Shown here: positions 53,130-64,000 of the stretch, in pieces
How the letters are laid out: the number at the start of each line of letters is the position of its first letter
Numbering within the stretch: position 1 is the stretch's first letter
Assembly: GCF_023055435.1 (NCBI RefSeq)
Contig: NW_025964334.1
Span: 46,376,001 to 46,440,000 of the forward strand
Length of the DNA stretch: 64,000 bases
Direction of reading: 5' to 3'
Source: Haliotis rufescens
Taxonomy: Eukaryota
Translations under genes and position numbers: made by a program
The notes under the pieces: generated by a model
The model's database searches: none
Seen by the model: the letters and a program-made list of their open reading frames with translations, nothing else
Told to the model about the DNA's origin: nothing

Positions 53130-53234
53130 AAAGTAATAAGAACAAAACAGTTTTATATGAAAGAATGGTTATGAAATGTAATAGTTTATAGCAGGCACAT
53201 CCTCTATCAACTCTCTTGTTCTGCCATGCTCACA

Positions 53235-53372
53235 AGTTGTGTCTGCTCGTCATGCCGAAGACCTGGTTTCATACTCCCACATGGGTACAGTATGTGAAGC
53301 CCATTTCTAGTGTCCCCCGCGGTGATATTGCTGGAATATTGCTAAAAGCGGCGTAAAACCATACTCACTTAC
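53235..53372 (+). mobile_element. Short tRNA-derived SINE
   Basis: Degenerate B box gaagacctggtttcatactccc, body catgggtaca...gtgaagcccatttct, tail ccatactcact. Confidence 0.65.
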
Positions 53373-54260
53373 AAGTTGCGCTATTCTACTTCTGCCATTA
53401 CGGGAGGTAACTCTATCAGTTCTATCTGTTCTATTTATGGCGTATCATGATCTCACATACTGACGATCAAGTATCGTCTGTACATTAGTAAGAATGAAAT
53501 CGTAGGTATCGGTGAATCATTACAGCCCTAATATCAGCTATCAGCATGTCTGTCTGTTTGTCCTCCGTCTGTTTGTTTTCCGTTTGCAGAGCAGAACTTC
53601 AAAACTGTTAAATATTTCTTGATGAAACTTTCTATACAGATCAGTCTAGTGCTGAACTGGTGACTTTTGATGATTTGGGATATTGAAAAATAGTGAGCAG
53701 CATATTATGTTTTTACTGAACTGAAGGTATCCAATGGTAATAAACCAAATCAGGGGTATAAGTACCCATTTCCAAATTGCACCAAGTGGGGGTTATGTCA
53801 TCATCTCCTGATGACTCTTGTTTTCAAAGAACTTGCCAGATGTTTCCTGCATGGAATGAATAAATAATCACATTGTTATTGTAATAATATGAATAATACA
53901 TGTATAGGAAAGAGGCAGATGCTCATGTTACATCCATTGTGTCAGGACGTCATAATATTCCAGAGTGATTATATCTTGTGAGAGTTCACATAAGAGAGCC
54001 AGAGTGTTGTGGAATATGAGTGGTACCGTTTGTAATTTCTGGAATTTTTCTAGGATTCAAAACAAAGTGCCCTTGCCGGGTAGATTGGAAAATGTTTGTT
54101 TTTTTTGTTTTGGTTTTTTATTTGGTTCATAATTCAGATTTTTTCAGTACTTTTTTTCAAAGGTATTTTAGAATTACCATGAAACAGTGATGTAAAGTTA
54201 AGCCTGTTTCTCTGTTTTAGTCCTATTATCAGTGGGATACAAGTCACCTTGACCAAGCGA

Positions 54261-54500
54261 CCCGTGAAGATCCGGGGTAGAATATGTCTTCAGCTTCCAA
54301 TGCTGGCAGTAAAAGGCGACCAACGGAATCGGGTGGTCAGGCTCACTGACTTGGTGGATGCATGTCATCGATCCCAATTGCGTGGATCGATGCTCATAAT
54401 ATCAATCACTTGATTGTCTGGTCCAGACTCGATTATTAACAGATTGTGGTCATATAGCTGGAATATTGCTGAGTGCAGCATAAAACAAACAAACAAACAA
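54261..54500 (+). mobile_element. SINE-like interspersed repeat (family of 40448-40706) with TSD
   Basis: Full-length match to 40448-40706. accttgaccaagc is duplicated on both flanks (~54247 and ~54501). Confidence 0.85.
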
Positions 54501-55394
54501 ACCTTGACCAAGCCATCACATTAGTTAGATATATACATGATAGCGACATTTTTATTCCTGTTTGGGAATTTATTGTAGCAAATGCTGTAGATTTGGGTCG
54601 GAATATCAGTCTCTGATCAGATCTAGATAAATCTCTGATTGTACAATGTCCAAAAGCAGTATGTGATATCAGGACTGCGGGTGTTTACTAGACTGTCTAC
54701 TAGACTGTCTACTAGAAAAAGATGTTTTCATGTCCTCGACAAGTCTCATGCATCTCTTTACATGCTCTCTCATATGAATATTTGTATGTATGAAAATATG
54801 CTTATGTATGTTATATAGAATACTAAACGAACTCCTGTGTAATACTATTTGTATACTGTGTTTATTGATAAGATGACACCTTGTGCTGATGTCACCAAAA
54901 TTTCCTTGTGATAATAAAGTGTTATCTTATCTCATTACAGCTGTTTACATACTGTCAGTGTCAGATAATGCTTGCAAGTCAAGCAGCATATGTACCCTGT
55001 GTTTCCCTTGTCAAACCCATTCTTTATCTGTCAATTCTACAATTCCGTGATCATAGAAAGATTTTGTAGAAAATGTGACTTACTGCAGAATTGCAGAAAA
55101 ATGGGGAATTTGCCTTTATTATCCATCAATTCACTAATTTCCAAGCTTTTCTCATCAAATTTTGCACTTGCATGATGCCTAAACTTTTAATATTGAACAG
55201 ACCCAAAAGATTGGAATCCTACAATAAAACGAAAATTTAAAATAAATATATCTCACTTTTAAACATTCTTGTGGTGTTATGACGACATAATGGTGACATG
55301 TTAAACCCAAACTGGAATGTCTCAATGCAAGAGACTAATATTTTAAAGAACAAAAATGAGTTTTTTATATTTTGAGGGGGAAATGTTTATGTTT

Positions 55395-56140
55395 TGTTAT
55401 GCTACATGGTGTTTCCAGTCAAGTACTGGCTAATGTGTTTACGACAGGGGAACAAAGTCATTAGGCTACATGGTGTTCCCAGTTGTATCGGGGGTGTCAT
55501 GGATCAAGGCGAGTCAAGTACTGGCTAATGTGGTTAGGACAGGGGAACAAAGTCATTAGGCTACATGGTGTTCCCAGTTGTATCGGGGGTGACAAGGATC
55601 AAGGCGAGTCAAGTACTGGCTAATGTGGTTGGGGCAGGGGAACAAAGTCATTAGGCTACATGGTGTTCCCAGTTGTATCGGGGGTGTCATGGATCAAGGC
55701 GAGTCAAGTACTGGCTAATGTGGTTGGGGCAGGGGAACAAAGTCGTTATGCTACATGGTGTTCCCAGTTGTATCGGGGGTGTCATGGATCAAGGCGAGTC
55801 AAGTACTGGCCAATGTGTTTACGACAGGAAAACAAAGTCGTTATGCTACATGGTGTTCCCAGTTGTATCGGGGGTGTCATGGATCAAGGCGAGTCAAGTA
55901 CTGGCCAATGTGTTTACGACAGGGGAACAAAGTCATTAGGCTACATGGTGTTCCCAGTTGTATCGGGGGTGTCATGGATCAAGGCGAGTCAAGTACTGGC
56001 TAATGTGGTTAGGAGAGGGGAACAAAGTCGTTATGCTACATGGTGTTCCCAGTTGTATCGGGGGTGTCATGGATCAAGGCGAGTCAAGTACTGGCTAATG
56101 TGGTTAGGAGAGGGGAACATAGTCGTTAGGCTTCATGGTG
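55395..56140. repeat. 95-bp tandem repeat (~7.5 copies) just upstream of the ELOVL gene B ATG exon
   Basis: gctacatggtgttcccagttgtatcgggggtgtcatggatcaaggcgagtcaagtactgg... recurs at 55465, 55560, 55655 and onward. Confidence 0.94.
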
Positions 56141-56261
56141 TACACACATTACTCTGTTGTTCCTTCAACAAGTTCCAGTGCAAGATCTGTCAATTGTAAC
56201 ATGATATGAATAATTGATTTGTCTTTTGCAGCCGTCCTAAAGTGGTGACCTTGACCTCACC

Positions 56262-59200
56262 ATGGCAGCCTTTACAGCACTAATGGACAAATATAAATCG
56301 GCCACAACCGATCTCAGAGGTGAGAACATCATGGCTTAAACATATAGAGGAGAGGATATTTAGTGGTGGTTAAAAAATATGCTCAGTGCTCAACATGCAA
56401 GAGTTTTGACAATAGTATAGCCGACCTACTTGTAGATAACCATTTGCCCTATGTGATCTATGGCATGGGGTGGTTGGTGGTGTTCACTGATAACATATAG
56501 TTTTTAATATTGCTAACAAAAAGCTATAAACCAAAGTCCTTCATTCATTAATAGGAATTTCATATCTCAATATCCTGCAAAGTTTGTAGCAAAGAATCTA
56601 AAATGATGAAGGATGTGTCTCAAATTTATATTACTTACTGTACTATATGCAAAGTAGCAATTGCTTAAAGAACTCCTTCCATGTAATAATACAGTCTTAT
56701 TGAATTATTTACCGTGTTTATCATGTTTATCATGTTAACTGACAGTTGATCCACAGAACGGGGGCACAGGTGGCCCAGTCGTCTAAGGCGCCGCGATTTG
56801 CTGAACAGAGTTGTGTCCCTTGGGCACGCCAGAAACCTATGATTGTGGGTTCGAATCCCGGTTCCCCTGATTATGTTTCTAGGTTTGTCCGCACCATACC
56901 CGTGCTCGTGGGTTTCACCGAAGTGGTAAACGCCTGAGACCTGCATCACTTCGGGCTTTCCTCCCACATTAAGCTGACATGCCTTGATATAACAGGAATA
57001 CTGTTAAAAAGGGCATTAAACCCAACTTACTCACTCACTGATTGACAGAACTCATATAAGTCTGATTAAGAGTTACTGTAGTAGATGATAACCACTGATA
57101 TCTATGCTGTAGTAGATGATAACCTCTGATATCTATGCTGTAGTAGATGATAAACACTGATATCTATACTGTAGAAGATGATAACCACTGATATCTATGC
57201 TGTAGTAGATGATAACCACTGATATCTATACTGTAGTAGATGATAACCACTGATATTTATACTGTAGTAGATGATAACCACTGATATCTATGCTGTAGTA
57301 GACGGTAAACACTGATATCTATACTGTAGTAGATGATAACCACTGATATCTATGCTGTAGTAGACGATAAACACTGATATCTATACTGTAGAAGATAACC
57401 ACTGATATCTATGCTGTAGTAGATGATAACCACTGATATCTATGCTGTAGTAGATGATAACCACTGATATCTATGCTGTAGTAGATGATAACCACTGATA
57501 TCTGTGCTGTAGCAGATGATAACCACTGATATTTATACTGTAGTAGATGATAACCACTGATGTTATGCTGTAGTAGATGATAACCACTGATATCTGTACT
57601 GTAGTAGATGATAACCACTGATATTTAGACTGTAGTAGATGATTACCACTGATATTTATACTGTAGTAGACGATAACCACTGATTTTTATACTGTAGTAG
57701 ATGATAACCACTGATATCTATGCTGTAGTAGATGATAACCACTGATATTTATACTGTAGTAGATGATAACCCCTGATGTTATGCTGTAGTAGATGATAAC
57801 CACTGATATTTATACTGTAGTAGATAACCACTGATATCTATGCTGTAGTAGATGATAACCACTGATATCTATGATGCAGTAGACGATAACCACTGATATC
57901 TATACTGTAGTAGATGATAACTACTGATATTCATGCTGTAGTAGATGATAACCACTGATATATATGCTGTAGTAGAGGATAACCACTGATATCTATGCTG
58001 TAGTAGATGATAATCACTGATATCTGTGCTGTAGCAGATGATAACCACTGATATTTATACTGTAGTAGATGATAACCACTGATGTTATGCTGTAGTAGAT
58101 GATAACCACTGATATCTATACTGTAGTAGATGATAACCACTGATATTTATACTGTAGTAGATGATTACCACTGATATTTATACTGTAGTAGACGATAACC
58201 ACTGATTTTTATACTGTAGTAGATGATAACCACTGATATCTATGCTGTAGTAGATAACCACTGATATTTATACTGTAGTAGATGATAACCCCTGATGTTA
58301 TGCTGTAGTAGATGATAACCACTGATATTTATACTGTAGTAGATAACCACTGATATCTATGCTGTAGTAGATGATAACCACTGATATCTATGCTGTAGTA
58401 GATGATAACCACTGATATCTATGCTGTAGTAGATGATAACCACTGATATTTATACTGTAGTAGATGATAACCACTGATGTCTATACTGTAGTAGACTATA
58501 ACCACTGATATTTATGCTGTAGTAGACGATAACCACTGATATCTATGCTGTAGTAGATGATAACCACTGATGTTATGCTGTTTGTAGATGGTAATTATGG
58601 TTACTGATATGTTATGTAGACCTCCGGACTGATGGATGGTTTCTGATGGAGTCTGTGTGGCCGACAGTGGCTACAGTTTTGGTGTATCTTGTCATTGTCG
58701 CCTGGGGTCCCCGATTGATGTCCAATCGACCAGCCTTCCAGCTCAACAACGTCCTTGTCGCATACAACTTCTGTCTCATGCTGCTATCAATGTACATGGT
58801 CTTTGAGGTAATCCACCCTTGTTTCGTTAATGTTGTACTCTGCATTACATTTATCAGGTATATGGGTTGCCTAGCCGTCTAAGGATGTGCCGAGTTGCAG
58901 CCCTTAGCTGTGTCAGGATCCAATGATCACAAGTTTGAATCCCAGATTCACTTCCATTATGGTGATTTATGATCCTTGGTCACATCCATGCTCATGGCTT
59001 CAAGTGGTAAACATCTTGGCCACACTTGGTGTCCTCCCACATTAAGCTGACACACTGTGATGTCACTGAGCTATTTCTCAAAGCAGGATTAAGCCCAACC
59101 CAAATAGATCCAGCATCCCTGATACCAGTAAGTCCACCATACTCAACAATGGCTGGACCCTCTTCCACAAAGCAACTTTGGCGCAAGGACGGTTTTAACT

Positions 59201-62031
59201 CCCATACTTCAACCTTGACCTACAACAGTCCCAACCTGTAGGTTGCTTTGTGAAACAGGGCCCTGGCCCTAAATGTCTAATTCGGTAATAAGCTAGGGCT
59301 AACAGACTAAAATAATTCAACATGATCAAGTAAAGTCAGAAAGTCAGCTGTTATCTTCAATGTGAGCCAAAGACTTATTATTCTACCTTTAACATCATTA
59401 TGGTTGATTTACCTTAATAGGTAGAGATGTTAGACTGAAATACGTTTTTCTAGGCACAAGTTTCACCAACTAAGCACCTAACATGCTCATCTCATGCCAT
59501 TTTGTATTGCTGTCCACTTCAGTTTGTGGTCTCTGCATGGCTGCGTCCAGGGTTCAGTCTGGCCTGTCAAGCTGTGGACTATTCCAGTGATCCCATGTCA
59601 GTCAGGGTGAGTTGCCACTACTTACTCTTCAGATACACAACAAATGTTGCAATTGGAAAGCCCTCTCTGCGACACTGACTATAGATATTTCCTTCATAAA
59701 ACATGGTGCCTACCGCACAAACTGGTACTATTTACAAAACAGTAGTTTTATTGTTACACTGTACTGACGAAACAAGATGGAGGGGTGATATTTTGTTTAT
59801 CAATGCATGATTTGTGCTGTTTTATCATTGACTGAGTATGTGCTGTGTTTCAGCTGGCGCATGTGTGTTGGTGGTTTTACTTCTCCAAGCTTATAGAGCT
59901 ACTAGATACCGTGAGTACTTACTGTTGTTCTTGTATTTGGGCGACATGCCTAGTTTTTAACTACTAAAAACTGGATGACACTGGTTTGTCCGGCCAATGA
60001 AATTATTAACAGAAAGTCAACATTAGCCTGTCAGAAAATAGCTTTCTCAAGCTTTACGAACCTAGTTTCAAAAAGGAGACTTCCATTCCAGACTATGCTT
60101 TGAGAAATATTTTGACAAAGTTTTTGATTCAAATTGTGTGATTTCTGCAGGTGTTCTTTGTTCTGCGGAAGAAAGGTAGCCAGATCTCATTCCTCCATGT
60201 GTACCATCACTCTACAATGCCCATACTCTGGTGGGCAGGGGTCAAATTCGTCGCAGGAGGTGAAGGTCAGTGTCACAATGTCAATGCCAAACAATGGATA
60301 TTTTATGTGATCTCTTAAGCTAAATTATGTGTCAGCATTCACAGTAAACTGTTTGTGGTTACAAGAAACATTTTGATCATTTTGGTCATCAGTAACATTC
60401 TTTCATTTGGATTTTGAACCTTTTTATTCTCTGAAATGGTAAAACGATGATGAGTGTAATGAAAATTTGTGTGTGTTGCAGGTTACTTCTCCGCCAGCAT
60501 CAACAGCTTCGTCCACGTCCTGATGTACCTGTACTACCTCCTGTCTGCGATGGGGCCCAGCATGAGGAAGTACCTCTGGTGGAAGAAGTACATGACCTCC
60601 ATACAGCTGGTGAGTAGTCACAGCCGACACCTGGCGTTAGGGGAGTCTGGCCATTTGATACTCTGCTTGGTAGTCACAGCCGACACCTGGTGGTAGGGGA
60701 GTCTGGCCATTTGATACTCTGCTTGGTAGTCACAGCCGACACCTGGTGTTAGGGGAGTCTGGCCATTTGATACTCTGCTTGGTAGTCACAACCGACACCT
60801 GGCGTTAGGGGAGTCTGGCCATTTGATACTCTGCTTGGTAGTCACAGCCGACACCTGGTGTTAGGGGAGTCTGGCCATTTGATACTCTGCTTGGTAGTCA
60901 CAACCGACACCTGGCGTTAGGGGAGTCTGGCCATTTGATACTCTGCTTAGTAGTCACAGCCGACACCTGGTGGTAGGGTAGTCTGGCCATTTGATACTCT
61001 GCTTAGTAGTCACAACCGACACCTGGCGTTAGGGGAATCTGGCCATTTGATACTCTGCTTAGTAGTCACAACCGACACCTGGTGTTAAGGCGAGTCTGGC
61101 CATTTGATACTCTGCTTAGTAGTCACAACCGTCACCTGGTGGTTGGGGAGTCTGGCCATTTGATACTCAGCTTAGTAGTCACAACCGATATCTGGTGGTT
61201 GGGGAGTCTGGCCATTTGATACTCTGCTTAGTAGTCACAACCGACACCTGGTGTTAAGGGAGTCTGGCCATTTGATGCTCTGCTTAGTAGTCACAACCGA
61301 CACCTGGTGGTTGGGAAATCTGGCCATTTGATACTCTGCTTAGTAGTCACAACCGACACCTGGTGTTAAGGCGAGTCTGGCCATTTGATACTCAGCTTAG
61401 TAGTCACAACCGACACCTAGCGTTAGGGGAGTCTGGCCATTTGATACTCTGCTTAGTAGTCACAACCGACTCCTGGTGGTTGGGGAGTCTGGCCATTTGA
61501 TGCTCTGCTTAGTAGTCACAACCGACACCTGGTGTTAAGGCGAGTCTTGCCATTTGATAGTCTACTGGGTTGTAGTCAAGATTGACACCTGGTGTTGAGG
61601 CAAGTCTGGCCATTTGATACTCTGTTTGGTAGTCACGAGATGAGAGAAACTTGACATTTCACTCGACACTGGAAATTTTTACCTTGGATATTACTTCCCC
61701 TGGGAAGAATCTGGAGGGTGGATAAATACCCTGTTACATGCTTCTCCTCCTCCTCCCACAGGTGCAGTTCTGGGCCATCCTCATCCACACCAGCTACTCC
61801 ATTTACCTGAACTGCGGCTACCCCCTTGGCTACAACATCGGCTTCCTCTCCTACATGATCTCACACATCGTCCTGTTCTCCAACTTCTACTACCAGGCCT
61901 ACATCAACAAGTCCCATCATTCTGCCCCACTGAAGAACGGTAGCGCCAAGACCAAGCACCAGAACGGAGTCATGAACGGCACCGTTAAAAGCGGAGTCAC
62001 AAACGGCAAACTGCGGAAGCGGATAGAATGA
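56262..62031 (+). CDS. Very-long-chain fatty acid elongase, ELOVL family paralogue (gene B), 299 aa
   Basis: Coding exons 56262-56319, 58620-58807, 59523-59606, 59854-59910, 60151-60265, 60482-60609, 61762-62031; all GT-AG and in phase. Motifs [45 protein letters not shown] and LFSNFY; basic C-terminus KLRKRIE. Confidence 0.94.
56760..57040 (+). mobile_element. tRNA(Leu)-headed SINE
   Basis: A box GGTGGCCCAGTCGTCTAAGGCGC, B box GGGTTCGAATCCC, actcactcact tail. Related copies at 3928-4195 (-) and 58860-59105 (+). Confidence 0.82.
57072..58615. repeat. 31-bp minisatellite (~49 copies) ending at the acceptor of ELOVL gene B exon 2
   Basis: Unit ctgtagtagatgataaccactgatatctatg. The last degenerate unit forms the acceptor ...actgatatgttatgtag|AC at 58619. 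Confidence 0.95.
58860..59105 (+). mobile_element. Diverged tRNA-derived SINE
   Basis: gcctagccgtctaagg, gtttgaatccc, aagtggtaaac and cctcccacattaagctgaca are shared with 56760-57040. Confidence 0.65.
60614..61636. repeat. 56-bp minisatellite (~18 copies) starting within the donor site of ELOVL gene B exon 6
   Basis: Unit gtagtcacagccgacacctggcgttaggggagtctggccatttgatactctgcttg. It begins at intron position +5 (CTG|gtga-gtagtcac) and fills most of the 1152-nt intron. Confidence 0.95.
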
Positions 62032-62715
62032 TGAAGGGCCAGAGTAGTTCTTAGTGATGTTTGTGTAACTGAATATCAGATATAACTGACTGACACTCAT
62101 GTCAACTGACAATCATCATGCCAATAGTGCTTACAACATTCATTATACATCACTGGTCAGGGCTGCTAGACATGTCAACAGGCCCCTACCAAGCTCACCT
62201 CCTCCAGTGAAGTAGTCTGACAATGTACTTGTTTCACATGCAGTCTGGGCTCAATATTACTTCCTCCTCCAAGTGTTCTCACACAGATTGGGACATACTT
62301 TATTCAGCATTCAGCATAACATACCCGTGACGGTGTTATCAGTGTACCCACTGCCTTCACGTTATACGATGATCCTACTGCAGGGAGTTTTTTAAGGGTT
62401 TACTTTGTGTCCATGACGCACCTCACCATGAACCTGGCAGTGCCGGCTATACAGGGAATATATGTATGTTGTGCCTGCCACTGATAATGTCCTGTAGATG
62501 GGTGTGTGGTATGACTTATGGTGCTCACACTTAGTGTCAGTACATGGAATCTGTGGGTGGATGATATGTATATTACACAAACACATTGTTATGTACATGG
62601 AAATTGGTGGGTAGATATTATTTTTATTACACACACCTATTGTTACAGGCATGGAATGGGTGGGTGGGTGACACACATACACATATATTATACACATACA
62701 CGCACATGCTCAGGA

Positions 62716-62757
62716 CACACACCACACCACACCACACCACACCACACCACACCACAC
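62716..62757. repeat. (CACAC)n microsatellite in the 3' region of ELOVL gene B
   Basis: acaccacaccacaccacaccacaccacacc. Confidence 0.85.
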
Positions 62758-64000
62758 GTGCATGTGGAGAGGTAAGGAAATATTGGTTCCATTATCATAT
62801 AGGGTGATGTTCGCCAGTGGTGACTTACTACCTGTATATTGCACCAGCCAATGATATGAACATGTCACTGTGGTATGGGGAGAACACTGCACTTCATCTT
62901 TGTAAAGACATGAGCTTTGGTGCAGTTATTGTTGATATTTGCCACTCAACATTCAATTCTGTTTGTTAATTTATTGTAAATATCCCCATCTGCACTTTCA
63001 TATTTTCATGAAAATAGCCCATCAATGCAATGAGATACATAGTATAGATAAGTTTATGAGTTTATGTCATAATGGTGATTATTGAGCTGGTTTAATCAAT
63101 TTGCTGTTATTATTATTGTTTAATTATTGCAATAATTCTGCTGGAAATTATAGCTGGTTTTCGTTATTCCCTCATTTATTGATGATGCTGTAGAATGTAG
63201 TGTCTTAGAACAATCAAACCTTAACTAAGTCAAAACTATTGTTGTTCCTGAGCTTATATTGTCATGTACAGAGACTGATTCTGTGTAAAAGCTTGCCAAT
63301 TGTGTGCATGTTATCAGCAATAAGTATTTAACTACACAACGATGACTCACCCAACTCCAGTACACTAAATTTGTTGTGTTCTACCATTCCAAACATATTG
63401 GTGGTTTTATTTTATTTTGTTCATACATAATTGAGTTGTTACCATGGTTACATTGACTTTTTCTGTCTGCAACAGGGTGTGGTTGGGGACTACCTCGCTG
63501 TTACGGCATATGATATGGGATATATGTCGACATCAGTCATTTGATATACCAATGTACATGATGTCCTTGGGGGATATTTAGATATATCCCTGCATATATG
63601 AGGATGGTTAAAAATACACCTTTTTGACAACTATTAAGATTTGTTAATCTGTGTTTTTAATTTCTTTTTGTTACATAAATGAAAGGGACATACACAAACT
63701 CAGGCCAGGCAACAAGGGATGCCCACTCTTATGTGTGTCCCGTTTTATGTCAACCAATCACAGGAAAAAGGTTAGAATGAGAATGATGAGATAAGGTCAA
63801 GGTTACAGATAGTCAAGAACAAGGTCAAGGTCAGGGTTAGAAAAGTTCAAGTTCACCTTTTGTGACCTTCAGTATGTAAATGTGTCCTACTGTAGCAACA
63901 TTTGACTGGTGTTACTAGCTGCAGTCACACCTGTGTCAGTGTAACATGTAAACTTAGAGCTACCTCGAGTCCGCAGATGTCACTCAGGGTGGCCATTGTT

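Noticed and set aside
55660-56199. 179-aa ORF upstream of ELOVL gene B
   Set aside because: It cycles through the three frames of a 95-bp tandem repeat and lies in the inferred 5'UTR intron.
56760-56870. Functional tRNA-Leu gene
   Set aside because: No proper acceptor or anticodon stems. It continues into a SINE body and tail and has diverged dispersed copies.

Overview
AT-rich, intron-containing animal genomic DNA. It is probably a mollusc, as the SINE families resemble those I recall from abalone (Haliotis), but this is unverified. I assembled five genes by hand from GT-AG junctions: NDUFA9 (minus, exons 1-8, continues past the left edge), TXNL4A/Dim1 (plus, intronless CDS, divergent from NDUFA9), a renalase-like FAD oxidoreductase most like the plant At3g04650 type (plus), and two ELOVL fatty-acid elongase paralogues arranged head-to-head around a CCAAT-rich region. 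The strongest finding, absent from the ORF track, is that the minus-strand ELOVL4-like gene carries two intact, diverged copies of its penultimate coding exon (29282-29452 and 29072-29239) separated by only 42 nt. This is the layout of sterically enforced mutually exclusive exons, and it swaps the TM6-TM7 region linked to elongase chain-length specificity. A second pattern is that several unrelated minisatellites start exactly at, or contain, splice sites or a stop codon. The rest comprises two Kolobok-like TTAA elements, a 2.4-kb foldback element, MITEs, tRNA-derived SINEs and a mariner relic. Most listed ORFs are repeat artefacts.
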